The notes beneath the pieces are model-generated. The model ran no database searches. It had not been told where the DNA came from and was given only the letters and a program-made list of their open reading frames with translations. The position numbers and the translations under genes were made by a program. From Leptospira biflexa (lineage in GTDB: Bacteria; Spirochaetota; DYNZ01), in the NCBI GenBank assembly GCA_020720805.1, contig DYNZ01000007.1, forward strand, positions 2,568 through 66,567: a stretch of DNA of 64,000 nucleotides, given 5' to 3'. Positions 39,091 through 48,342 of the stretch are shown one piece after another (positions within the stretch are counted from its first letter, which is position 1; each line of letters starts with the position of its first letter).

Positions 39091-40287
39091 ATGACTGAAT
39101 TTTTTATTGGGTTGTCGCTCCTTGTTCTCATTGCGGGGGTTCTGGAATATGGAGTTCATGTGCGCAATCTGCGGAAAATTCCGATTCGTGTCCATGTTAA
39201 TGGAACCAGGGGGAAATCTTCGGTTACACGGCTGATTGCTGGAGGACTTCGTGAAGGTGGTATTCGCACATTTGCGAAGACAACGGGCACCTTACCTCGG
39301 GTGATTATTGCAGATGGCACAGAATATCCTGTATTTAGAAATGGTAGAGCCAATATTATCGAACAGGTACGAATCGTAAATTTTGCTGCAAGAAATCGGG
39401 CTCAGGCTTTGGTCATAGAGTGCATGGCCTTGCAGCCCAATCTGCAGGCTCTTTGTGAATTAAAATTGATCCAATCTACCCATGGCGTTATCACGAATGC
39501 CCGAGCGGATCACCTTGATGTGATGGGTCCTGATGAACGGGATGTTGCGCTTGCTCTATTGGGTACCACTCCGGTTAACGCAAATCTTTATTCATGTGAA
39601 CAGGATTATAAAACGGAATTTCATAATGCCTGTCAGGAGAGGAGAACCAACCTGAATCTTGTGGATGCTCAGGATATTCATTCAATAAGCGACGAGGAAG
39701 TAGCTCTTTTTAAATACAAAGAGCATAAAGAAAATATAGCACTTGCTTTAAAAGTGTGTGAGGCTGTCGGGGTGGATCGAACCACAGCACTTCGGGGAAT
39801 GCAAAAAGTTAATCCTGATGCAGGAGCGATGAATCACTGCCGCATAAATTTTTTTGGTCGTAGAATTTATTTTCTCAATGCCTTTGCGGCAAATGATCCA
39901 GAGTCAACCGAGCGCCTCTGGGAGGAGGCGTGTCTGGAACATCAAAATGTTGATAGGAAAATCATGATTATTAATAACCGGCTAGATCGCCCTGATAGAT
40001 CGAGGCAATTGGGATTGGCTATTCCGCTTTGGACAAAAGCGGATCGTTATATTTTAATCGGCAATGGATCATTCTTTCTCCTGAAATATGTCAGACGACG
40101 GGGGATGGATCCGCGGTTATTTATCAATGCAGAAGGAAAAGGTTCTGAGAAAATTTTTGAAGAAATTCTAAGTTTATGTCTGAAATCAACTATGATTATG
40201 GGTATCGGCAATATAGCTGGCCCTGGTATGGAGCTTGTAAACTATTTTAACAATAGGTCAGATATTTTTGAGTACGCTGGAAGGTAA
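39091..40287 (+). CDS. pgsB: Poly-gamma-glutamate synthase PgsB/CapB
   Basis: RVHVNGTRGKSSVTRLIAGG, AKTTGT, ECMALQP, ITNARADHLDVMGP, NAFAANDPEST. Confidence 0.92.
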   Translation: MTEFFIGLSLLVLIAGVLEYGVHVRNLRKIPIRVHVNGTRGKSSVTRLIAGGLREGGIRTFAKTTGTLPRVIIADGTEYPVFRNGRANIIEQVRIVNFAARNRAQALVIECMALQPNLQALCELKLIQSTHGVITNARADHLDVMGPDERDVALALLGTTPVNANLYSCEQDYKTEFHNACQERRTNLNLVDAQDIHSISDEEVALFKYKEHKENIALALKVCEAVGVDRTTALRGMQKVNPDAGAMNHCRINFFGRRIYFLNAFAANDPESTERLWEEACLEHQNVDRKIMIINNRLDRPDRSRQLGLAIPLWTKADRYILIGNGSFFLLKYVRRRGMDPRLFINAEGKGSEKIFEEILSLCLKSTMIMGIGNIAGPGMELVNYFNNRSDIFEYAGR

Positions 40288-40292
40288 TTTTA

Positions 40293-40754
40293 ATGGAGTC
40301 AATAATTACTTTATCAATCGGAATAGGTCTTGTGGTCAGTCTATTTTTTTCAGAGCTGCTTGGTATAGCAGCCGGGGGAATGGTGGTTCCGGGCTATATT
40401 GCCTTGTATTTGAATCAGCCATTACCAATCGTAATGACTTTATTGGTCAGCTACTTAACCTATTTTATTGTGCATGGTCTTAGTAGCATAACTATAGTTT
40501 ATGGCAGAAGGCGTACTGTTTCGATGATACTTATTGGTTTTGCTTTGGGTTGGTTTTTTCGAAGCTTTGGAAATGTTCAGATAATTTATGATTCTATTGA
40601 CCTACAGGTTGTCGGTTATATCATTCCAGGTTTGATTGCGATCTGGATTGACCGACAGGGATTGCTGGAAACTTTAACAGCGCTTCTTACATCCAGTGTG
40701 ATTGTTCGATTGCTACTCATTTTATTTCTGGGAAAGGAGCTGATCCAATTATGA
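40293..40754 (+). CDS. pgsC: Poly-gamma-glutamate biosynthesis protein PgsC/CapC
   Basis: AGGMVVPGYIAL, YGRRR, GYIIPGLIA; hydrophobic, 153 aa, directly after pgsB. Confidence 0.92.
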   Translation: MESIITLSIGIGLVVSLFFSELLGIAAGGMVVPGYIALYLNQPLPIVMTLLVSYLTYFIVHGLSSITIVYGRRRTVSMILIGFALGWFFRSFGNVQIIYDSIDLQVVGYIIPGLIAIWIDRQGLLETLTALLTSSVIVRLLLILFLGKELIQL

Positions 40755-41896
40755 GAAAAGTATTGTGGAAGCCTACTAAAATAACCTGGCAGATTCACCT
40801 TTTGTTGGCTGTTGTTGCTTTCCTTTCTTTAATTGCTGTAGAATTTTTTAAAATTGAGAAAAAGCAGCCTTTTTATGAGGAAAAATTAGCAGCAGCAAAA
40901 TTATTTCGTGATGCAACCCAATATCTCGGGAAAGAAAGAGAGCGCACAATCGGCCCCATAAATAAAAAAAATGATCCCTCAAGTAGCGGGTTGATTGGTT
41001 TGAGGGATTCAGTTATTACAAGCTCGAAGGGAGATTATATTTCTAAGCTCACCAGCGTGAATCCAAACTGGGGGGCTGTCATTATAGATATGTTTAGGAG
41101 AGCCAAAATCAAGAAGGGAGACTCAGTCGCTGTAGCGTTCTCGGGTTCTTTTCCTGCTATCAATATTGCGGTTTTGTCAGCAGCCAAGGCAATGAATCTA
41201 CATTTGATAATCATCAGTTCAGCTGCTGCATCGAACTGGGGTGCCAATCATCCACAGTTCTCCTGGTTAACAATGGAGAAATTACTTTTGGGAAAGGGAT
41301 TTTTCCCTAATGGTTCCATAGCTGTTTCGATGGGTTCGATTAATGATAATGGCGGTGGACTATCCAAAGAAGGACGAGCTATTCTATTAAATCTCATGCA
41401 GCAAACTGGTAAACCAATTATCTCCCATGAGGATCGACAGGCAAATCTGGATTCCAGAATGGAGCACTATCTGGTTCATGCAGGGAAAAATAAGATTAAA
41501 GCTTTTGTGAATGTCGGTGGCGGTACAATTGCCGTTGGCTCTATAGATGGAAAAAAATTATTTAAGCCAGGACTGAATATGCGGAGTTCGCGCAACGCTC
41601 TACGCATCGATAGTTTGTTGTCGCGTTTTGCCAAGCAGGGAATTCCGGTTATTCACATGTCGAATATTAAGGAGGTAGCTGCTAAATATGATCTGACAAT
41701 TGGACCGACGCGTATGTCAGCAATAGGTTATGGAAAACTCTATTTTGAGATAGAGTACAACAAGCTGCTAGCTGGCTTTGCTCTTTTGCTAATCGTTGCG
41801 CTTCTATTCTTTTTTATTAAAACGGATTTTGGATATAGAATTTTTCAGGGAAAAGGAAAAATTGAAAAGGAACAGAGAATTGAGCCAATGGTTTAA
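40751..41896 (+). CDS. Poly-gamma-glutamate system protein (PgsW/TIGR04332-like)
   Basis: GLIG...ITSSKG..SKLTSVNPNW, SGSFPAINIA, SSAAASNWGAN, FVNVGGG; third gene of the pgsBC operon. Confidence 0.75.
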   Translation: MRKVLWKPTKITWQIHLLLAVVAFLSLIAVEFFKIEKKQPFYEEKLAAAKLFRDATQYLGKERERTIGPINKKNDPSSSGLIGLRDSVITSSKGDYISKLTSVNPNWGAVIIDMFRRAKIKKGDSVAVAFSGSFPAINIAVLSAAKAMNLHLIIISSAAASNWGANHPQFSWLTMEKLLLGKGFFPNGSIAVSMGSINDNGGGLSKEGRAILLNLMQQTGKPIISHEDRQANLDSRMEHYLVHAGKNKIKAFVNVGGGTIAVGSIDGKKLFKPGLNMRSSRNALRIDSLLSRFAKQGIPVIHMSNIKEVAAKYDLTIGPTRMSAIGYGKLYFEIEYNKLLAGFALLLIVALLFFFIKTDFGYRIFQGKGKIEKEQRIEPMV

Positions 41897-41915
41897 TTAT
41901 TTGAGGGGGATTGGC

Positions 41916-43139
41916 ATGAAATTTTTTCAAAAAAATCAGGAGCTGGTACAGCCAATTCAGGAGAAAAGGAAAGTCCGTCAATTCGTAGATTTTGTTTCCG
42001 GCGCAGATTTACCGGAAGCAGGTCAAAGGCAAGGAGAATCGAAAGCTGAGTTGCCCGGTTTTTTTTCGTATCTGCGTGAACATTGGAAGCAGAATGCGAG
42101 TTTATCCGGACAAAAAAATTTTTTTGGTAAATTTCAGAGCATATATCTACAGTTTCAGGAAAAAAAGAGTCAGGAAAATGAAAAGTTAAATATCTATGAG
42201 AGCATTGCTGCGGGTGCAAGATTGAACAGAGAATTTCTTGTGCTTCTGTTTGGCTCGTGTATTATCGCCACTTTCGGACTTTTTCAAGGGTCGACGGCAG
42301 TGATTATTGGCGCGATGTTGATCGCTCCATTGATGATGCCCATTCTTGGCTTTGCCCTTGGTTCCGTCTGGGGAGATAAAGGGTTGCTCTGGCGTTCGCT
42401 AATTACCCTGCTTATAGCTACCGTTTTGGTTTTGATTATTTCAGCTTCACTTTCCCTGGTTATCCCTGGCGTCGAATTCAACAGTGAAATAATGGCAAGA
42501 ATAAACCCAAATCTTTATGATATCCTCATTGCCATCGCGTCAGGATTTGTGGGCGCGTACGCTTACGTAAATCCACGCATATCATCGTCAATTTCTGGAG
42601 TTGCCATAGCTGTGGCATTGATGCCTCCTCTTTGTACTGTTGGTATTAGTCTGGGGCAAATGAATGCCAGAGCTGCCAGTGGCGCCATCTTGCTTTATGC
42701 GACGAATCTTGTGGGTATTTCCCTTGCGGCAAGCTTTGTCTTTTGGCGATTGCGAGTGCATCCGGTAACAGCCCAGAGGGAGGAGGTTTCGATCCGGACT
42801 GCAAGGAATATCTATCTGTCTGCCATTCTGCTTTTACTTATTGCAATACCGCTTGGCTATTTTATGTTTGAAACTTATAAAGAGAAGAAAGCCCGCGAGT
42901 CCATCGTTTCGATCATTGCCCGTACAATTCCTGATACGGAAATTTTGTCTCTGCAATCTGTAAAATTTGGTCAGAAAATAGAGTATAAGCTAATTCTCAT
43001 GATACCAGCAGACGCCCAAGAGCAGGCAATTGCGAAAGTTAGAAAAAAAATTTTATCCATTCTTCCGGCTGGTGGTAAACTGAAAATAACAATTTTGAAT
43101 AGCTCGCTGGTTCATGATAGACCTGATGCGAATCCTTAA
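41916..43139 (+). CDS. DUF389/TIGR00341-family membrane protein
   Basis: IATFGL...STAVIIGAMLIAPLMMPI and GVAIAVALMPPLCTVG motifs. Confidence 0.85.
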   Translation: MKFFQKNQELVQPIQEKRKVRQFVDFVSGADLPEAGQRQGESKAELPGFFSYLREHWKQNASLSGQKNFFGKFQSIYLQFQEKKSQENEKLNIYESIAAGARLNREFLVLLFGSCIIATFGLFQGSTAVIIGAMLIAPLMMPILGFALGSVWGDKGLLWRSLITLLIATVLVLIISASLSLVIPGVEFNSEIMARINPNLYDILIAIASGFVGAYAYVNPRISSSISGVAIAVALMPPLCTVGISLGQMNARAASGAILLYATNLVGISLAASFVFWRLRVHPVTAQREEVSIRTARNIYLSAILLLLIAIPLGYFMFETYKEKKARESIVSIIARTIPDTEILSLQSVKFGQKIEYKLILMIPADAQEQAIAKVRKKILSILPAGGKLKITILNSSLVHDRPDANP

Positions 43140-43180
43140 AGTCGGTTGATACTGAAAAAATCATACACCTCTGAGGCTGT

Positions 43181-43620
43181 TCAATCTCTGAAGGCAAAAA
43201 AGACGGCAAGAAGTATAAAAAATGCCGCAAGTGCATAATTCCAGGTCAGTTTTTCCTGTATATATACACGAAACATTTTGGTTCTCGGGTTTTATACTGG
43301 CTAAAGGGTGCGTCGACATCGCTGGCATTGCCTTGCGATATCCGAAAACCAAAATGCCTTTAGTATAAAACAGGGAAAAGGGAATAAAGACAAGCAACGT
43401 AATCGCCTCCTGGATGATTTTCAGTTGGCTGACCTTCATAACGCTGTGACACCTGTATAGCATATTCCAAAAGCGCTATCATCCAGCTAACGAAAATGGC
43501 AACTAGCAGGGGACTCTCCTTCAATTTCTTCAAACGACCATACCAGGCAAATGTCATAAAGATATTTGAGAGAACGAGCAGTAAAATTGTTATCAGTATG
43601 GTTTTATGGTGAATCCTTTT
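43181..43620 (-). pseudogene. DMT/DUF486-family membrane protein gene, broken by a frameshifting deletion and a MITE insertion
   Basis: Three pieces: LSNIFMTFAWYG...SWMIALLEYAIQV, then HSVMKVSQLKIIQEAITLLVFIPFSLFY in another frame, then, after the MITE, IQEKLTWNYALAAFFILLAVFFAFRD*. Confidence 0.8.
43265..43365. mobile_element. MITE type A (101 bp) inserted in the DMT gene
   Basis: Near-identical to 8393-8493; removing it plus one TA restores TTT TAT ATA CAG GAA (F-Y-I-Q-E). Confidence 0.85.
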
Positions 43621-43826
43621 GAATGTAGAATCCTTCCCAAAGCAGAGGTAAAAACTGGACAACCTATTTTTCGGTCAGGCCGCATTTTCGTGAAATTTGA
43701 AAGGCATTTCCAATAGAATAGTTAACTTTTCGATAAATATTAGATTTTATCTAATTTTTTTCTTACAATTGGCCCATTTTGTCGTATTATTGTTATACTT
43801 GAGAATATGAAGAGGGATAACAGAGT

Positions 43827-44737
43827 ATGGCAGAAAAGGGACTTTATACCATTAAAGCTGTCGCGGTAGAAACTGGATTAAGTGTGCATACCATTCGAGC
43901 CTGGGAAAACCGCTACCAGGTGATCCATCCAAATCGAAGCGCGGCAAACCAGCGGCGTTATACCTGGCAGGAGGTGCAGATGCTGCGTTTTTTGAAGATG
44001 GCAGTGGATCGAGGCCATTCTATTGGTCAGGTTGCCCCCTTTGAAACCGATGAGTTGGTGCGCCTAATCAATTTTCGAGATGAAGCGGTTGTTGTCAACG
44101 CAGCAAACTTGATTCGTTATGAAGATCTATTTGAGCTCTCTCGCTCGCTGGATGCTTTTGCGTTGCAACAGACTTTGGCGCGTCAATTAACGGAATTAGG
44201 TCTTTTCCGCTTTCTTGCTGAGGTTGTTTCCCCCCTGCTAGCTATGATAGGTGAGCAATGGCAGCAGGGAAAAATTCGTGTATATCAAGAGCATTTTTTA
44301 ACAACGGCAGTGCGCACAATTCTGCTTCAGTATATCAAAAATAGACCGGACGAGACATCCTATCCCCGTATGGTGGTGAGTACGCCGCCAGGACAGTACC
44401 ATGAAATCGGCGCCTTGATGAATGCGGCAATGGCCTATTCTCTTGGATGGGAGGTGCTCTATCTGGGGCCAAGCTTGCCAGTAGAGAGGAGCTTCTTCAT
44501 GCCGCTGAGCTCTTTGGCGCCAGTGTTATCTCTTTAAGTCTGATTTTCCCGCGAACCGGTATGGATTTTCTTCGAGAACTGGATAAGCTTATCCAGACCC
44601 TCAAGGCGCAGATCCATGTGTTGGTAACGGGAGATGGTCTTCATATCCCGAAGGATTGTGATTTTTGTGGTAAATCACCAGCTATACATATTCTGCGCGA
44701 TATCGAACAATTCAAACAGACTCTTCCGCTCCTCTAA
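43827..44737 (+). pseudogene. MerR-family regulator with a cobalamin-binding domain (CarH/LitR-like), frameshifted
   Basis: MerR HTH (YTIKAVAVETGLSVHTIRAWENRY), EHFLT and GQYHEIG motifs. An extra AG in GTAGAGAGGAG (about 44483-44488) splits LGPSLPVE from ELLHAAE. Confidence 0.72.
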
Positions 44738-44843
44738 TCCCTGTTTCCTCCAGGAAACACCTTTTTCGGGAAAGGGTCACACTTTTTTTTCTCTTCGGAT
44801 ATATATAAGGTAGTGATACATTTTACTGTTATGAGGTGTTTCC

Positions 44844-45695
44844 ATGAAAGGCTTTTCAATGCGGCTACTGCTGCTGTCATTTATAGCAATGTTTTCGATT
44901 GCTTGTAATTCGGACGAGGAGACCACGATTTCCGGTGTGGTGAGTAAAGGGCCGTTGTAAAGCGCAGTGGTAACCGCGTATGCGTTGCAAAGCGACGGGA
45001 CGCTAGGAGAAAAGCTTGGCACGACCACAACGGACGAAAACGGTCGCTACAGGCTTCGCTTCGCTTACCAGGGGATGATTCAGCTGCAGAGCGAAGGCGG
45101 ACAGTACGCCGATGAGGCCACAGGTGACCAGGTTGTGTTGCAAGCACAGACCAGATTGAGAACTATGCTGGCGAGTACAGACAAAGAGACTACAGCATCC
45201 ATTACTCCGCTCACCGAGATGGCCGCAGAGCGGGTTCAAACCCGCTTACGTACGATGACACAATCACAGCTTCATCTTCAGGATCATATTGCTGAGGCAA
45301 ATTCTGAAGTTTCGCAGGCTTTTGACCTGTATGGTGTGGATATAACGGCCACTGAGCCTGCGGATCTCACCCAGACGCAAAGCAGAGAGCGCACTATGAA
45401 CCAGAAAAAGTATGGCGCTATCCTGGCTGGATTCTGCCAGGTTGCCAAGTTGGAATCCAAGACAGCCGATTCGGTTATGGAGATGATCCAAGCGATGGTG
45501 CAGGATATGCAGGATGGTTCATTGGGTGGTAACGATGGAGATGGTACTTCTATTTCTGTCTCTACCGAAGTTGTTGCGCCACTTCAGGCCAGGAACCAAT
45601 TTCGTACTGCGGTGCAGAATTTTTACCAGAATCAGCAGCGGAATCAAAGCGGTATGGCAATCTCTGATTTCGATCCTGTTATTCCGCAAAATTAG
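44844..45695 (+). pseudogene. Lipoprotein gene with an in-frame premature TAA at 44958-44960
   Basis: MKGFSMRLLLLSFIAMFSIA-C lipoprotein signal, then GVVSKGPL*SAVVTAY, in frame with ORF 44967-45695; paralogous to 46842-47699. Confidence 0.75.
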
Positions 45696-45911
45696 AGGAA
45701 AAGGAAGCAGGCTATCATTATCTCCAGCTCTCTTGGAGAGACGATTTGAGCCTTTTTCCCATCGTTAAAAAATATCTCTCATTATTTCATGTTCACGATG
45801 CAATGAGACCACTACAGGCTGCCGGAACATTCCCATTCGGCGGCCATTTTTTTAATAGCAATTTGGTACTAAGGATGATAATGGTGGCATCTGGAGCGAG
45901 GCAGGAACAGG

Positions 45912-46829
45912 ATGACGCAGACACAAAATCAGGAACCAAAATCGATCTATACTTACCTCGATTACCGCGCATTTATCAAAGATTTTTATGATTTCAAGAA
46001 GGAGCATGAAGGATTAACCCTGCGCCAGTTTGCTCATAAGGCTGGTTTTAGTTCTCACGCCTATCTCATTCAATTGATACAGGGGATCCGCGATGCTTCG
46101 GCTCAATCGGCAAGAAAAATTGCCAAAGGATTTGAGCTATCAGAATCCGAAGCAGAGTATCTCGAGTATATGGTGCGCTTTGCCCATGCACAGGATCTTG
46201 ATGAAAAAAATGAGCACTATCGCAAGATGATCCGTTTTCGCTACAAGGGAGAGCTTGCATCGATCGCAGATGATCACTTTTTCTTGCTATCCAACTGGTA
46301 TATTCTGGCAATTCGTGAATTGGTAACATTGCCCGATTTTCAGGAGGATTACGGCTGGATTGCTCACCATCTGTATCCAAGGATTACTACCAGTCAGGCT
46401 CGAGAAGGGTTAGAAATATTGTTGAAACTGGGTTATCTGGGCAGGGATGAAAATGGTAAGCTTGAGCAGAAGGATCCTGATCTAAGCACAGGGCCAGAAG
46501 TCCGCTCTTTGCATGTGGCAAATTATCATAATAGTATGTTTTTACTGGCGAATCATGCCATGAAAAAAACTCCGGCCAAAAGCAGGGATATCTCTGCACT
46601 CATTATTCCCATAGACCGAGAAGAGTTCCGCTATATTAAAAGAAGAATTCAGGAGTTTCGCAAAGAGTTGATTCAGTATCTTCGGGATCGTCAGGATCTA
46701 CGGGCTGCGGAGGATCACCATGTATCTGAAGGAACTCTTGAGGATTTTGCTGCTGGTAGACACAGAGATCGGGTTCTTTACAATTTAAGTATGCAGTTTT
46801 TTAATCTTAGTCGAATGAAATGGGATTAA
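45912..46829 (+). CDS. TIGR02147/DUF4423-family HTH protein
   Basis: IYTYLDYRAFIKDFY, LRQFAHKAGFSS, WYILAIRELV, RDISALII, IQEFRKEL, YNLSMQFFNLS. Confidence 0.8.
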   Translation: MTQTQNQEPKSIYTYLDYRAFIKDFYDFKKEHEGLTLRQFAHKAGFSSHAYLIQLIQGIRDASAQSARKIAKGFELSESEAEYLEYMVRFAHAQDLDEKNEHYRKMIRFRYKGELASIADDHFFLLSNWYILAIRELVTLPDFQEDYGWIAHHLYPRITTSQAREGLEILLKLGYLGRDENGKLEQKDPDLSTGPEVRSLHVANYHNSMFLLANHAMKKTPAKSRDISALIIPIDREEFRYIKRRIQEFRKELIQYLRDRQDLRAAEDHHVSEGTLEDFAAGRHRDRVLYNLSMQFFNLSRMKWD

Positions 46830-46841
46830 GGGAATACCTTT

Positions 46842-47699
46842 ATGACGATGATCAACCGGAATAATTTTTGGTATCGTGTAGGCGTACTCCCATTTTTTTT
46901 TCTCTCTCTGATGTTTTTCCCGACCTGCGCTACAGAAATTGGCAATCCGGATACTCCGGATGATGAAACCATGATTCAGGGCTTGGTCAGTAAAGGACCC
47001 ATCGCCTATGCGACAATCCGTATCTATCGTTTAGACCAGAGTGGGAGGATGGATCCGGAACCGGTATGGAGTACTTCAAGCGATGTTGCCGGCCTTTTCC
47101 GTTTTCCAGAGAGACTACTGCAGGAGCCAGTGCTCGTACGATCCTATGGGGGAAGCTACCATGACGAGGCCACGGGTATAACCTTATCGGTTCCAGGCGG
47201 GCTTATTCTGGAGGCCATCCAATGGAAATCAGGCGGAGACATCCGGTTGGCAGTCACTCCGGTTTCGAGTATGGTCGCTGAGCGGGTGCGTGCGCTGCTG
47301 GCTCAATCAAAATCTTATGCGGAAGCCGATGCACAGGCGCGCTCTGAGGCAGCCCAGATTTTTCAAATTAGTAGTCTGGATCTTCAAGATCTACCATCAG
47401 ATCTAACCGATCCTGGAAGTTGTACTGATCTTACCGGGAAGAAGAGGTATGGTTCTCTATTAGCCGGTTTTTCCCAGTGGGTTGTCGATAAAAGTGTGGA
47501 TCATGAGCATCTTTACACCACCCTGGAGGCGTTGCGGCAGGATTTTGGTGATGGGGATATTACCAATTTGCGAGATAGAGATGGGAACACTATCACAGTG
47601 GTCTATCAGACACCCCCTTCCCAATTGATAAGCGATCTGCCGACCTCCGTAGATACCTTTCTCGACAGTCCTAAAAATAAATCTTGTTATCAGCGCTAA
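46842..47699 (+). CDS. Putative lipoprotein, paralog of 44844-45695
   Basis: Signal ending FFPT-C-ATEIGNP; shares GLVSKGP, GGSYHDEATG, TPVSSMVAERV, LPSDLT and KKRYGSLLAGFSQ with the upstream copy. Confidence 0.72.
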   Translation: MTMINRNNFWYRVGVLPFFFLSLMFFPTCATEIGNPDTPDDETMIQGLVSKGPIAYATIRIYRLDQSGRMDPEPVWSTSSDVAGLFRFPERLLQEPVLVRSYGGSYHDEATGITLSVPGGLILEAIQWKSGGDIRLAVTPVSSMVAERVRALLAQSKSYAEADAQARSEAAQIFQISSLDLQDLPSDLTDPGSCTDLTGKKRYGSLLAGFSQWVVDKSVDHEHLYTTLEALRQDFGDGDITNLRDRDGNTITVVYQTPPSQLISDLPTSVDTFLDSPKNKSCYQR

Positions 47700-47925
47700 C
47701 GAATTCCTTTCCAGGAAAAATCAACGCAAACTTCGTGATGACCTGTTGAAGTGAGGCAAAGGCAAAAAAAAAGCCTCACAGGTTATAATCCCTCCCATGA
47801 GGCCAAGACACAAACGGAACACATGTAGGTGTGTGATAGATTTACCAATCCCTTATAATTTCGGGATATTTGCGAAATACTTTAGGATTTTTTTTTGAAT
47901 TGGGTAAAGAGGGAAGAGTGTGGGG

Positions 47926-47957
47926 AAAAAAAAAGGCTGGTGAATACCAGCCTTTTT
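47926..47957. terminator. Bidirectional Rho-independent terminator
   Basis: A run, then AAAAGGCTGG-TGAATA-CCAGCCTTTT, then a T run; lies between convergent genes, just after the ferredoxin stop. Confidence 0.8.
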
Positions 47958-47985
47958 GCATGAACACGAAAACATTCTTTTGAAA

Positions 47986-48201
47986 TTACTTCCAGTGAAT
48001 GCACTCGCCTGGGCACTGATCAATTTCATCTTGAACTTTGCTGACATCGCCGTCTTTCACAGAGGCAGCGTTCACATTGGAACCGCCGTTATGGCTTTCG
48101 GCCAGATCATCATCATCCATACGGAAATATTCTGGAAGATTCTCTGCACATGCATTGCATGATGTGCACTCATCTTTATTAACATAAACTACTTTTGCCA
48201 T
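47986..48201 (-). CDS. Single-cluster ferredoxin
   Basis: CTSCNAC ... CPGECI; acidic, 71 aa. Confidence 0.9.
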   Translation of the reverse strand: MAKVVYVNKDECTSCNACAENLPEYFRMDDDDLAESHNGGSNVNAASVKDGDVSKVQDEIDQCPGECIHWK

Positions 48202-48342
48202 AGTACAATCCTTTTTCCAATTTATCTTGCTTTTAAGCGGTTTGGTTTCCCATGAATTTTGATTTTCCAGGACAGGTTAAAAAGCATCCGATATCAAGTC
48301 AACAGAGAAAAGAGTAAAACCTTACGGGTTTTTTGGTTTTTT

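Noticed and set aside
47715-47800. c-di-GMP-I riboswitch-like GCAAAC...GGCAAAG motifs
   Set aside because: The match to the consensus is partial, and it lies downstream of a plus-strand gene with no gene to control in that orientation.
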